A DNA stretch of 64,000 bases from a virus (lineage: Duplodnaviria; Caudoviricetes): the IMG/VR virus record IMGVR_UViG_3300020438_000029, positions 3,462 to 67,461 of that record; one strand, 5' to 3'. Position numbers and translations under genes: made by a program. Shown here in pieces: positions 1 to 9,673 of this stretch; the stretch's first letter is position 1, and each line of letters opens with the position of its first letter. A model generated the notes under the pieces. The model was not told the DNA's origin. It made no database searches and was given only the letters and a program-made list of their open reading frames with translations.

Positions 1-2
1 CT

Positions 3-488
3 CATATCGCCGTACTGTGGATCAGGTTCGTTTGCATATTCTTCAAGATCGTCTTCTGTAGCAAGTTCTTCATCAGTTAATGAATCGCCTGCTGCTGCAC
101 CTGTCAATGCTCCTAGTGGTCCGCCTAGAGCCATTCCTAAAGCGCCGCCTCCAATAGCACCTAACGTTCCTGCTTTTAAATCTGTATCATCTGGATTATC
201 ATCATCGCCTGGAATTTCTGGATCATCATCCATTGCTGAACGGAACTTTTCCATATCGCCACGCATACCTAAACTTGGAGCACCAACTGGTTCTGCTGCT
301 GACATGCCTGCGTTTTTCATCATATCAATAAGGTCAGCTACATGATCTTTACCACTAGCATTAATGCTTACATTCATTGACACTGGTTGTCCTGCATCTG
401 CACCTGGCATCGCAGTTGGCATAGGATCTTCAGTCATTCCACATTCTTCAATGTGATCCATTGATTCAATTAATTTTTTCATATTCAT
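3..488 (-). CDS. Partial acidic phage protein with glycine-zipper segment (runs off the window start)
   Basis: Not in the ORF track. ATG at 488, just downstream of the stop of 493..1053. Reads MNMKKLIESMDHIEECG...GTLGAIGGGALGMALGGPLGALTGAAAG... and is open to the window edge. Confidence 0.75.
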   Translation of the reverse strand, partial: MNMKKLIESMDHIEECGMTEDPMPTAMPGADAGQPVSMNVSINASGKDHVADLIDMMKNAGMSAAEPVGAPSLGMRGDMEKFRSAMDDDPEIPGDDDNPDDTDLKAGTLGAIGGGALGMALGGPLGALTGAAAGDSLTDEELATEDDLEEYANEPDPQYGDM

Positions 489-492
489 AATA

Positions 493-1053
493 TCAGCCTC
501 CTACAACTGCTTTAGTGTTTTCTGCATCGCCAATATCCGACGACTCTCCAACTGGTGCGCCTTCTGCACCACTGTGTTCGTTTTCTTTGCGAGCAATTTC
601 TAATTCTTTAAGTAAGTCCATTACGCGACTACCTGCTACTGAATCTTGTGCGCTTTCGCCGCCCATATCTTCTTTGCCTAGCATTGCTTCATATGGAGTA
701 TCATCTTTAGTTTCTTGATACTCTTCTCTTGGGTCATTTGCATTACGTACAATAATATACGATTGATCAAGTCCACAACAACGTGCTATGTATTCTTGTA
801 GCACTTGACTAGTAGTTGGATATTCAACTTCTGCTTCGAAGTAAGTAACTTCTGTGTTTTGTAACTGTGGAAAATCTAAAGGACGTTCTTGGATTGGTGT
901 TTTCTTACCTGGAGTAATATTTACAACACTGTATTTCTTAAGGCAAGTTTCCATTTTTTCTACACACTCGGGTGTACAATCTGGTCCAGCAATACCAATT
1001 TTAAATTCGTATGTCTTTTTTGATTCAGTTAGTATTTCTTTAAATGATCTCAT
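493..1053 (-). CDS. Hypothetical late phage protein
   Basis: 186-aa ORF; TAAATA late box at 1081-1086; N-terminus MRSFKEILTES resembles T4 capsid-targeting leaders. Confidence 0.7.
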   Translation of the reverse strand: MRSFKEILTESKKTYEFKIGIAGPDCTPECVEKMETCLKKYSVVNITPGKKTPIQERPLDFPQLQNTEVTYFEAEVEYPTTSQVLQEYIARCCGLDQSYIIVRNANDPREEYQETKDDTPYEAMLGKEDMGGESAQDSVAGSRVMDLLKELEIARKENEHSGAEGAPVGESSDIGDAENTKAVVGG

Positions 1054-1079
1054 TGCGCAATGATCCTGTTCTATATGTA

Positions 1080-1583
1080 TTATTTATCTTTATCAAGACC
1101 TTTTAACTTCTCTAATAGACTGTTCCTATCAGTAACTACGTAACCTTCTCCGTTTACCATTTCGCCGTCTATTTTAGAATTGTCTTTATCTAACTTTTCT
1201 TTTTTAAGTTGTAAGTCTACCATTTTTAATTTTTTGTCTAATTTAGCAATTTTAGCATCAAGTCCTGTTTTAAGAAAAGTGCCAGCTACTTCAAACACTC
1301 TACCACTATAGCGTTGTTCAACATTCATACCTAAATCCATTAAGTCTTCATATGCTGTCATAGCTTTATCTGCAACTTCATTAAGTTCTTTATCAGCCAT
1401 TTCGCCTAGGCCTTTTACTTGCGGAAGTGCCGAACTAATTTTATCAAACTCTGCAATGTCACGCATAGTTTTATTAGTTTCTTCTATTTGATATTTTTGT
1501 TGTTCTTCTTCTTGGGCTTCTGCTTCTTGTATAATTTCTTTTGCGTCAGGTAAGTTAAGAAGATCTTCTAATTTTTTTGTCAT
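1080..1583 (-). CDS. Coiled-coil phage protein, possibly terminase small subunit
   Basis: 167-aa helical protein with its own late box (1610-1615); C-terminal VVTDRNSLLEKL resembles small-terminase tails. Function is inference. Confidence 0.45.
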   Translation of the reverse strand: MTKKLEDLLNLPDAKEIIQEAEAQEEEQQKYQIEETNKTMRDIAEFDKISSALPQVKGLGEMADKELNEVADKAMTAYEDLMDLGMNVEQRYSGRVFEVAGTFLKTGLDAKIAKLDKKLKMVDLQLKKEKLDKDNSKIDGEMVNGEGYVVTDRNSLLEKLKGLDKDK

Positions 1584-1612
1584 GCGTCCAGTCCATTATA
1601 TGCTACTATTAT

Positions 1613-2050
1613 TTATCGTCTACGTCCGTTATGAAAAATATCTTGTTCAGTAACAATACGGAAATATACACCTTTTTGTTTACACCAGGCTCTAGCTGCT
1701 TCCCACTTTGCTTGATTAACAACATAATGTGCTTGATTATGTTTAGATCTTCCTAACTTTTCTTTTACTGCTTGACTACTAGGTTTAACTTCAACTAGTT
1801 CAACACGTTGTTTTCCATTCTTATCAGCATATACAATAAAAAAGTCTGGCACATATATAGTTTGTTTACCAGTAAATGGGTTTCTGTAAGGGATACGTAT
1901 TGATTCACTAGCCCATTGACTAACACTAGGATGTTCGTCACAAAACTTCATGAAGGTAAACTCCCAACCTGATCTATACGTTGGTGTTTTATTACCCATA
2001 TATTTTTTAGGATTTTTTAGAGTGAATTTGCCTTGTGCAAAATGTGCCAT
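1613..2050 (-). CDS. gp4: Head completion nuclease, T4 gp4-like (TnsA-like PD-(D/E)xK)
   Basis: Motifs NPKKYMG, YRSGWE, WASE, YVPDF, VEVKP, NQAKWEAA, FRIVTE. Confidence 0.88.
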   Translation of the reverse strand: MAHFAQGKFTLKNPKKYMGNKTPTYRSGWEFTFMKFCDEHPSVSQWASESIRIPYRNPFTGKQTIYVPDFFIVYADKNGKQRVELVEVKPSSQAVKEKLGRSKHNQAHYVVNQAKWEAARAWCKQKGVYFRIVTEQDIFHNGRRR

Positions 2051-2051
2051 A

Positions 2052-2432
2052 TCATATTACAACATTTCTTTGATCAAACAAATCTAAGTCTACTTCTTTT
2101 TTTGCAAATCCAATTGCACTAGTTTTAGATCTATTTATATTTAAAATTTGTGCAACAATAACACTTAGTTGCACATCGGTTACTCCTGTCAATGTATCTA
2201 ATAATTGCTGAACATTTAAGTTATCTATTTTTGCTTGTTGTAATATAACACTTGCGGTGTTTATTGCTGCTACTTTATCAAAACCTCTTTTTAAGAAATA
2301 ACCAATAGTTGCATCTATTTCTTCAGGATTATATGAAATGTCAGTCTCAAAGAAGTTTTTATAGTATTCCGTAGTTGGCTCTGTAGATATTGTTCTTGAA
2401 TCTGAAGTGGATGTACTTTTAGTTCTACTCAT
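2052..2432 (-). CDS. Hypothetical protein in tail module
   Basis: 126-aa ORF tightly packed in the operon. Confidence 0.65.
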   Translation of the reverse strand: MSRTKSTSTSDSRTISTEPTTEYYKNFFETDISYNPEEIDATIGYFLKRGFDKVAAINTASVILQQAKIDNLNVQQLLDTLTGVTDVQLSVIVAQILNINRSKTSAIGFAKKEVDLDLFDQRNVVI

Positions 2433-2438
2433 TTTGTG

Positions 2439-3719
2439 TTATCCTGTAACTGTAATTAATGCATTTGATACTAATTGTATCACTTTGATATTTTCGGACC
2501 TAGCTAAGTCTATTACATTTTTTTCAATTGCAAGTGCTTGGGCTGCTGTACTATTATTGTATGTACTCATTGTAATGCCAGGCAATACTCCGGAGTTAAG
2601 TACTGGGGCAATAAGTTGTGACATTTGAGCAGGGTTTGACAGTGCTGCTACTACTTCTGCTGATGATAAAATAGGTAGATCTCTTGCAATTGGTTGATTA
2701 GCTGATGTTACATTTGATTGGCCGTCAACCGTTGGAATATTATTGCTACCCGGTGCTACACTAGCACCTGCTGCAGCCTCTGCAACAGATCGCGATTGAC
2801 CGGCTATTACTGTATTAGCTACTGTTCCAAGAAGACTGCCAACTAAGGCGCCGCCTGCAGCTTGAACAAGTTTACTACTACTGTTGCCAAACAATTTGTC
2901 TGTAATTGTATTAGTAGCGAGCCCTATAAGTGAAGGAATAAGTCCGTTGCCGCCTTCACCAATAAATCCTTGATCTATTATACCCAACGGACTAGGTTCT
3001 GCATCATAGCCAACGTCTGCGTCACCAAAGCCTACAGGAGGATTTTGACTTACTTTTCCTTTAGTATATAGTACTCCTTCGTAAGCAACAATCATTGATG
3101 CTTCGTTAAATCCTCCATCGGTACTATCTACACCTCCGTGGTCCCATGCCGATAGTAACGGATTTACTAAAGTATATGCAAACCATTCTCGTCTTGCTAA
3201 TTGGTATATTGTTATGTAACTAAAAAATGGAGTTCTTTTTTTGTTGTTTAAACCGTAGTTTGGTACATCGCCAAAATATTTGTCTCTTGGCAAGTATGCT
3301 GCTTGAGAACCAGTTGCAGATCTATTACCATCTGCAAAGTAGTATTTGTAATATTCTTCAAGCATTGATCGGACTGCACCTAGATTATCATCATGCAATG
3401 TCATTCTAACGTCTTGATAATCTAATCTTGTTTGAATATTTTTCTTTCTATTGTACTGTTGTTTATTTTCTACACTTGCTCTAAAACTAGGCAAGTCTGT
3501 TGATTTCACAAGTATACCTAGTTCTTTCTGGAACTGAAAAGAATTAGAAGTTGCATTATTTCCAACCTCTGGATTTGGTTGAAATACCACATGGTACATA
3601 TACTTTTGTTTGGGTGCAAAAGTAAAATTATTTTGGGTATAAATCTGATGTGCATGCCTAGCATCACGCAGGTGTGTACCAGCAGTTAAATTAAACATGA
3701 ATTGATCTTTGATGCTCAT
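2439..3719 (-). CDS. Tail tube-like / tube initiator protein (gp54/gp48-like)
   Basis: N-terminal half has tube-fold motifs (VKSTDLPSF, QYNRKKNIQTRLDY, TLHDDN, LVNPLLSAWDH, VAYEGVLY); immediately downstream of gp19. Confidence 0.65.
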   Translation of the reverse strand: MSIKDQFMFNLTAGTHLRDARHAHQIYTQNNFTFAPKQKYMYHVVFQPNPEVGNNATSNSFQFQKELGILVKSTDLPSFRASVENKQQYNRKKNIQTRLDYQDVRMTLHDDNLGAVRSMLEEYYKYYFADGNRSATGSQAAYLPRDKYFGDVPNYGLNNKKRTPFFSYITIYQLARREWFAYTLVNPLLSAWDHGGVDSTDGGFNEASMIVAYEGVLYTKGKVSQNPPVGFGDADVGYDAEPSPLGIIDQGFIGEGGNGLIPSLIGLATNTITDKLFGNSSSKLVQAAGGALVGSLLGTVANTVIAGQSRSVAEAAAGASVAPGSNNIPTVDGQSNVTSANQPIARDLPILSSAEVVAALSNPAQMSQLIAPVLNSGVLPGITMSTYNNSTAAQALAIEKNVIDLARSENIKVIQLVSNALITVTG

Positions 3720-3740
3720 ACTAATATTTATCCTTAACTA

Positions 3741-3756
3741 TTATATGCGCATATAA
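3741..3756. promoter_or_regulatory. 16-bp perfect palindrome TTATATGCGCATATAA (copy 1)
   Basis: Identical copy at 61715-61730; 13/16 variant at 4524-4539. Confidence 0.7.
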
Positions 3757-3795
3757 AGAAAAGCGAAGATTGATAGCAATCAACCTCCGCTTTTT
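3757..3795 (-). terminator. Intrinsic terminator after tail tube gene
   Basis: Minus strand GCGGAGGUUGAU-UGCU-AUCAAUCUUCGC followed by UUUUCUUU. Confidence 0.8.
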
Positions 3796-3818
3796 GTAAC
3801 GCCAATCTTTAAAGCTAG

Positions 3819-4460
3819 TTAGCCGGGGGCTGTTGTTCCGCCAATACTTCCAGCTGTGGCTCTTGCAATAGACTCGCCAATACCTGAAATATCATCGCCG
3901 CCAAATTGTATCGCATTATCATAACGGATAGTTAATGATGTAGTTACTGCGTCACTTGTAGCATATGCCAATGTATTGTAGTTTGCTGATTCAATATAGC
4001 ACCCTACTAGTTGGAATCTGTCGATTACGTTAGCTCCGTCTACGCCGTTGCCGCCGTCTAAGATTTCAATTCTAGTTTGGAATTTATATGTTCCACTTGA
4101 TATAGCACTTTGTTGTTCAAAGAAATCAAACTGTCTTTGTAGTTGCTGACCAATAATTTTTTGTACATTATTATTAGCATCTTCACGCAATGTAAGTGTA
4201 ATTGGTTCCCATGTATGCTTACCTGCAAGATATGTTCTTGAGTTATAAGCATCGATTGTCATTTGTTCAAAAGATAAGTTAGGACGGGTTACGTCTACTA
4301 CTTGTCTTGAAATTTCTCTTGTTCCGTCAGCACCGCCTGTAGTACCGAAACTATCAAGTAATACTCTAAAACGATACTGTAACTTAGGCATCAATAAAGA
4401 TGAATTAGATCCAGAACCTTCTGTAGGTATACTAATGTTTTGTAGTGTTGTGATTGGCAT
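3819..4460 (-). CDS. gp19: Tail tube protein
   Basis: MPKLQYRFRV, YLAGKHTWEPITLTLR, LTIRYDNA; directly downstream of the sheath gene. Confidence 0.88.
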   Translation of the reverse strand: MPITTLQNISIPTEGSGSNSSLLMPKLQYRFRVLLDSFGTTGGADGTREISRQVVDVTRPNLSFEQMTIDAYNSRTYLAGKHTWEPITLTLREDANNNVQKIIGQQLQRQFDFFEQQSAISSGTYKFQTRIEILDGGNGVDGANVIDRFQLVGCYIESANYNTLAYATSDAVTTSLTIRYDNAIQFGGDDISGIGESIARATAGSIGGTTAPG

Positions 4461-4499
4461 TTTTTATAATCTCCTGTTACACATGTATTTATGCTATTT

Positions 4500-4523
4500 T
4501 GGGTGGAGTATTTCATCCACCCA
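4500..4523. terminator. Hairpin after tail sheath stop (terminator or mRNA-processing/stabilising stem)
   Basis: TGGGTGGA-N8-TCCACCCA; no U-tract on the minus strand. Confidence 0.45.
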
Positions 4524-4536
4524 TTAAGTGCGCATA

Positions 4537-7500
4537 TTAACCTAGTGCAGCAATCTCCCCAGTATTCTTAAGTCTTAGCGGAATGTAAATAAATTCAATC
4601 GCCTTAACTGGTTCAATAGCTACGTCTAAGTAAAGCTCATTACGATCAATTCTAGCTGCTGTATTATTAGATTCGTCACATACAACTAAGAAATCATATA
4701 ATGCACGTAGTGCTACTAATTCTAATAACAATGCATCTGCTGATGCTTTAATTTGATCACGTGTAATCTTGTCATTTGGTTCAAACAAGTATGGTTTTGC
4801 CAATAATTCAAGCTGTCCACGTAAGTAAACAGTTAAACGTGCTACGTTAACTCTATCCAATGCACTTGCGTTTCTTGCACGAGTCTTTTGCCCAAATACT
4901 ACTAATCCTGCACCACTTAAGAATGTAATTGGATTAATCTTATTTGAATATAGTGTATCACGCTGTCCTGTGTTTAGTGCTACTGAAACAAACTCTCCTT
5001 CGTTATTAATATAACCCGAGCTTGTTGCGTTGCTTACGCCGCCTCGTCTTGTACCTGCTGGAGCAAACCAGGGGAACGCAACTTGGTCGTTAAGTATAAT
5101 AGTACGTAGTGCCATATGACTTGGAGGAACAACAATGTTGTTACCAAAGTTGTCACTTGTAAAGCCTGCACCGTAATACATAGCCATATACTCGTCAAAG
5201 CTCACTGCACCATTGTCGTTATCTTCAACAGCAAGTTTAACGTTTGATGCCCATTCATTTAATGAAGTTGCATCTGGTGTTAAACGGAATGGTGTGTCAC
5301 CAACTACAAACGATGTTAAACGTCTATCTGTGTTTAGTGTAACCATTTCACCAATTAGTTCAGGATAACCTGGCGCTGCCATTAAGTTAAACTGACGTGA
5401 TTCTTCGTCACGTATTTCTTGGTTACTGTTTACTAGTGCTTGTAACGCTTGTACAACACTCTTGCGTTGTGCATGACGACCAAATGTTCCTGAACCGTCT
5501 TCATTATTGCCTGAGTCTGTTACCCAACGATGTGGATAGTAACTAGTTGTACTTAGGTCTCCGTAACGTCCGTTAGTTCCGTTAGTATCTATATAGTTAC
5601 GCTCAAAACGCTTAACATTGAAGCCACTTCTACGTGTGTTCCATAACAACATACCTTTTGGATATAATGCTGGGTCTGGAGCATCTGGATCTAAGTAATC
5701 ACTAGTAAGCATTTCTGAAATAGTAGCATCTGGAGCTGCTAGTGTTGTGCCACCGCTGTCGCCATAACGTGCATCAGCGAACAAAATACCTTCTTCAGTA
5801 GTTTGGTCTGTATTGTTAACTAAAATCCAACCATTTGCTCCTGTTGCAGCAATAGTTGCATTATATTTGTAAATTACCGGATAGTCTTCTACGCTTGATG
5901 TGCTAACCCAAATATCACCTGTTACTAGTGCTGACAAATTAGCTTGTGTAGTTGGCTCAGTTGCTGAAACAATCGGTCCTTCTATATCTGTACCACTGTA
6001 AGGGCTTGCAATTGAGCTTTCGCCGGCCGCTCCGTCATATGCTAAACCTACCCAAGTCTCACCATTGTGTACCATCATGTCAACTTCGTCGACAATTGAA
6101 TTATACCATAGTGCGCCCTGTGCTGTTAAGCTCAATGGTGCGTTATTTGAAGCTGAATATACAAGTGGTTCCCAATTTGACGCTACAAACTGCTTTGGTG
6201 ATGTAGCTGCTGTTGTGCCTGGAGCAAAATACAAGTTAGTTGTTCCGCCAGCACTTGCACTAAAGCCAAATAGTGCTAAACCACCGTCAGTATCAACTAA
6301 GTCAATTTCACCGCCTAGTTTGTGTGAAATCTGTACTCGATTTTGTGCATCAACTACAGCAATAACATTCGTTAATCCTGCTGCGTTAATTTGACCAGCT
6401 AATGTATCTGCATCAGCAATGTCAGCAGCAGTTGTAACGCTTACTGTAACTGGGCTTGCTTTACTGGCTGTTGCCGCTGTTGTTTCTGCTACAGTAAATG
6501 TATATGTAGCTGCTGTAACACCTGTTGACGAAACTCTAGCACTGGTAATTATTGTTGCTCCAATTGTACTTCTACGGAATACTTTAAAGTCAGCAAGTGG
6601 CGTTGTTGTTCCTCTAACATTAACGTCTGCATATAATGCATCGACATTAATATTTAAGCCGCCGCCAGTTGGATCTAAACTGTAAATTGCTTGCTGAGGT
6701 GTATTAAAAATTGGTGCTGAAACTTTATTCCAAACACTAGCTGCTGCTGAATATTTTTTAATGTTAATATTTGCGCCGCCATTTGGTTGTGTAGTTTTAA
6801 TCCAAACACTGCCTGTTGGTGCAGGTGATGTGTCTGAAGACTTAAATTCAGGTACACTTGTATGTGGAGCAATTTGCACTCTTGGTGCAGAGTATGTTCC
6901 AGCTGTTAAACCTAAGTTTGCTACTAGTGTTCCGCTGCCTTCTGCAATACTAACTGTTCCTGTAGCTGTAGTGCCCGAACCGCCTTCATCATCAATTGCT
7001 GTAGCATCTACATAAATTTTAATTCTACTATCAACTAGTGCAGCATTTACGCCTGTTACTGCTGCTGCATTAATTGCTGCAACTACATCAGTAAATGTTG
7101 TGCCGCCAGCAACGACTGAAACACCATTTAGTACAATTGTATGTGTAGCATCAACTGTTGCTGGAGCATTTGAACCTGTTGCTGCTGGATAACTATCTGC
7201 CCATTCGTTACTTCCAAGTAGAACCCATTTGCCTGCATTTGCTGTTCTTGTTGCTTGTGATGCACCGTAACCTGGTGACTTATAAAATACTCTATTATCA
7301 TTGCTTGAATGATCAATAGCATAGTTGCCGATAGCACCAATTGACTCTTTAGGCATATCACTATCATCTAAGTCATCACTTGATGTAATAGCAATGTGTG
7401 ATGCACCAGTAAATGCTTGTCCGCCTACAGTTGTTATTGCATCGCCGTTCCATTCTAAAATACCAAACTCACTTGCAAGAGTGTCTAACCACCATGCGCC

Positions 7501-7896
7501 ATTTGCAGGTGCTCCACCCGGTGCTGATGCACTTGCTTCTAGTTCAGCTAAGTCAATGTCTGCTCTTACTACATAAGCACGATTTGAAACGCCTAATGCA
7601 GAATAAGCAGCTTGCAAGCCATATTCGTTAAGCTCTCCGCCGTGGACCATATTACCTGATGTGTCACTATAAAATAATGGGTCGCCAAATGTTTCACCAA
7701 GCTCTCGCTGACTGGTGAGTAAGTAAGGTTGACCAGCGTTTGCTTTAGTTGTACCTACCGCTGTTCCTGCGCCGCTGCTTGAAAGTTTGTTACTAGCAGT
7801 TGCTACAAAAATCATAGGTACAGTTCCGCCAGCTGCTGGGGTGTAGAACGATTCGTCAATTACGTTGACTTCTACGCCTGGTGATACTAATGCCAT
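4537..7896 (-). CDS. gp18: Contractile tail sheath protein (enlarged, 1119 aa)
   Basis: N-terminal LVSPGVEV; C-terminal PWFAPAGTRRG, RDTLYSNKINPI, FGQKT, LDRVNVARL, LFEPND, EPVKAIEFIYI. Confidence 0.95.
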   Translation of the reverse strand: MALVSPGVEVNVIDESFYTPAAGGTVPMIFVATASNKLSSSGAGTAVGTTKANAGQPYLLTSQRELGETFGDPLFYSDTSGNMVHGGELNEYGLQAAYSALGVSNRAYVVRADIDLAELEASASAPGGAPANGAWWLDTLASEFGILEWNGDAITTVGGQAFTGASHIAITSSDDLDDSDMPKESIGAIGNYAIDHSSNDNRVFYKSPGYGASQATRTANAGKWVLLGSNEWADSYPAATGSNAPATVDATHTIVLNGVSVVAGGTTFTDVVAAINAAAVTGVNAALVDSRIKIYVDATAIDDEGGSGTTATGTVSIAEGSGTLVANLGLTAGTYSAPRVQIAPHTSVPEFKSSDTSPAPTGSVWIKTTQPNGGANINIKKYSAAASVWNKVSAPIFNTPQQAIYSLDPTGGGLNINVDALYADVNVRGTTTPLADFKVFRRSTIGATIITSARVSSTGVTAATYTFTVAETTAATASKASPVTVSVTTAADIADADTLAGQINAAGLTNVIAVVDAQNRVQISHKLGGEIDLVDTDGGLALFGFSASAGGTTNLYFAPGTTAATSPKQFVASNWEPLVYSASNNAPLSLTAQGALWYNSIVDEVDMMVHNGETWVGLAYDGAAGESSIASPYSGTDIEGPIVSATEPTTQANLSALVTGDIWVSTSSVEDYPVIYKYNATIAATGANGWILVNNTDQTTEEGILFADARYGDSGGTTLAAPDATISEMLTSDYLDPDAPDPALYPKGMLLWNTRRSGFNVKRFERNYIDTNGTNGRYGDLSTTSYYPHRWVTDSGNNEDGSGTFGRHAQRKSVVQALQALVNSNQEIRDEESRQFNLMAAPGYPELIGEMVTLNTDRRLTSFVVGDTPFRLTPDATSLNEWASNVKLAVEDNDNGAVSFDEYMAMYYGAGFTSDNFGNNIVVPPSHMALRTIILNDQVAFPWFAPAGTRRGGVSNATSSGYINNEGEFVSVALNTGQRDTLYSNKINPITFLSGAGLVVFGQKTRARNASALDRVNVARLTVYLRGQLELLAKPYLFEPNDKITRDQIKASADALLLELVALRALYDFLVVCDESNNTAARIDRNELYLDVAIEPVKAIEFIYIPLRLKNTGEIAALG

Positions 7897-8011
7897 GTTA
7901 TTTCTCCTGTTGGAATTATTAGTTGTTCTATATGTATATTTACCATTTAATTAATAAATCACCTATAATAGACACCTAAAAAAGGGGTAGAAAAGGTGAG
8001 CTAAATACAAT

Positions 8012-8347
8012 ATGAGACCTTTATGTGTTTGTGGACAACGGCCTGCTGCTATTAATTATAAAAAAGACGGCAGAACGTACTACCGTAAAAAGTGCGAATC
8101 GTGCTTGCGTAATGGTGTTGGCCACGGTATACCTATGTGGCAACAAAAAGGATATGTGAAAAAAGATATATGTGAAAAGTGTGGTTTTAAATCAAAACAT
8201 TCTGAACAGTTTAATGTGTTTCATGTAGACGGCGATTTAAATAATTGTCGTCCTAATAATTTAAAAACTATTTGTGCTAACTGTCAACGAACACTTCAGA
8301 AAGAAGGTATTCGCTGGCGGCAGGGAGATTTAACCCCTGATTTTTAA
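8012..8347 (+). CDS. Small Zn-finger/HNH-like protein
   Basis: CxC/CxxC pairs and FHVDGDLNNCRPNNLKTICANC HNH-like segment; TAAATA at 8002-8007. Confidence 0.7.
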   Translation: MRPLCVCGQRPAAINYKKDGRTYYRKKCESCLRNGVGHGIPMWQQKGYVKKDICEKCGFKSKHSEQFNVFHVDGDLNNCRPNNLKTICANCQRTLQKEGIRWRQGDLTPDF

Positions 8348-8837
8348 ATACTGTTTGCATTAGAACATGTACATTCTTTTTTAGTCGCTGTAAGTCGCCG
8401 TTGTTATCAATAGTATAATTACACATCCATTGCTCAATGCTCATTGAGTCTTTTGATTCAGGAGGTAAATGATCTGATCTATCTACCCAAATAGCGTAGT
8501 CAAATATTTCTTCATTTTGCATTGCAAAGAATTCACGCTTGTTACGTAGACCACAGTAGATATCATGTTCGGAGAATAAGTTACGTCCCAATCTTGCTAA
8601 GTCATCACTACAATAGTTATGTATCATATTATACCATTCGGTGCGACGATTGTGCCTATCAGTATAGCACTCTTCCTCATCAGCGTATCCGTACTTGTCT
8701 TTTAGATCATCAAAGATAAACAATTGTGAACAAAATTTTGAACTAGACTGAAATGTATATCCGTATTGTTCAAGCAGTTCACAAACAGTATCTTTGCCAT
8801 GACGACCGTGGCCAACAACAAGTAATTTAGGTAACAT
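8277..8837 (-). CDS. Deoxynucleoside monophosphate kinase (T4 gp1-like)
   Basis: P-loop GHGRHGKDT; C-terminal YTIDNNGDL; SD AAGGAG. Confidence 0.8.
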   Translation of the reverse strand: MLPKLLVVGHGRHGKDTVCELLEQYGYTFQSSSKFCSQLFIFDDLKDKYGYADEEECYTDRHNRRTEWYNMIHNYCSDDLARLGRNLFSEHDIYCGLRNKREFFAMQNEEIFDYAIWVDRSDHLPPESKDSMSIEQWMCNYTIDNNGDLQRLKKNVHVLMQTVFKNQGLNLPAASEYLLSEVFVDS

Positions 8838-8863
8838 ACAATTCTCCTTAAAGTATACTATGT

Positions 8864-8892
8864 AGTATAACTTAATTTTAAGGGTTTGTCAA
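8864..8892 (-). promoter_or_regulatory. Sigma70-type (early) promoter for dNMP kinase
   Basis: Minus strand TTGACA-17 nt-TATACT. Confidence 0.8.
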
Positions 8893-8898
8893 GTGTTT

Positions 8899-9657
8899 TT
8901 AGCCAATAGTAAAGCCGTAGCCAACGCCGCCGGATACTTGTAAAGTTAGTTCAGCATCAAGTTTATCCATTTCTTGTTGAGCCTCTGCTTTGAGCGCATC
9001 GCCGTTTAGTGTTGAGCCGCCTTGAGGGCCTGCGATAGTAGCAAACTTTGAACGTGCTTCGCCTAGCATATACTTACAACTTGCAAGAGTATAGTCTTTA
9101 ATCCATTGGCTTGCTAAATAATCTTCTAGTAGCTGACTATCTGGACGATAATTATAGCAATAAAGTAATAGTTCTTCTTCTGCTCTAGGACGCTGTAGTA
9201 GTGTAAGTTTTTTACTTGTAGTATTCCATTTAAATTCAATAAATGACCCAAACATTCTGCCTACTAGTTCTTGGTGTTGTGAAAACAAATCATATGTTGC
9301 TAGTCCGCCCATCTTAGAACCTGATAACAAATAAGTGTTTGTGTACGCTAGATTAAACGGCTCAAACATACTTCCGCCGTCACCGCCTCCCGAACGTGAT
9401 CCAATACTTCTACGAAATAGTTTACGTACTTCTATAACTTCATTAGGTAATGTATATTCATTTTGATCTATAACTGTAGTTAAAAATATATAAGATTCTT
9501 CAACACTATTATCACTACGCTGCCTAAAACGACTTAGTGCTTTATTAAGTGCAGTTTGATAATGTATAGGATCAAGTTCAACATCAACCATCCCACCACC
9601 TAGGAACGTATTAACGTAATCAAATATTTCTTGTTTTTGTGTTGCTAAGTCTGCCAT
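8899..9657 (-). CDS. gp13: Neck protein, T4 gp13-like
   Basis: LGGGMVDVEL, WIKDYTLASCKYMLGEARSKF, LNGDALKAEA. Confidence 0.85.
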   Translation of the reverse strand: MADLATQKQEIFDYVNTFLGGGMVDVELDPIHYQTALNKALSRFRQRSDNSVEESYIFLTTVIDQNEYTLPNEVIEVRKLFRRSIGSRSGGGDGGSMFEPFNLAYTNTYLLSGSKMGGLATYDLFSQHQELVGRMFGSFIEFKWNTTSKKLTLLQRPRAEEELLLYCYNYRPDSQLLEDYLASQWIKDYTLASCKYMLGEARSKFATIAGPQGGSTLNGDALKAEAQQEMDKLDAELTLQVSGGVGYGFTIG

Positions 9658-9673
9658 AGTTTGTCTCCACTAG

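Noticed and set aside
1613-2050. Tn7 TnsA transposase / mobile element
   Set aside because: Motifs and context match the T4 gp4 head-completion protein; no other transposition genes or element ends.
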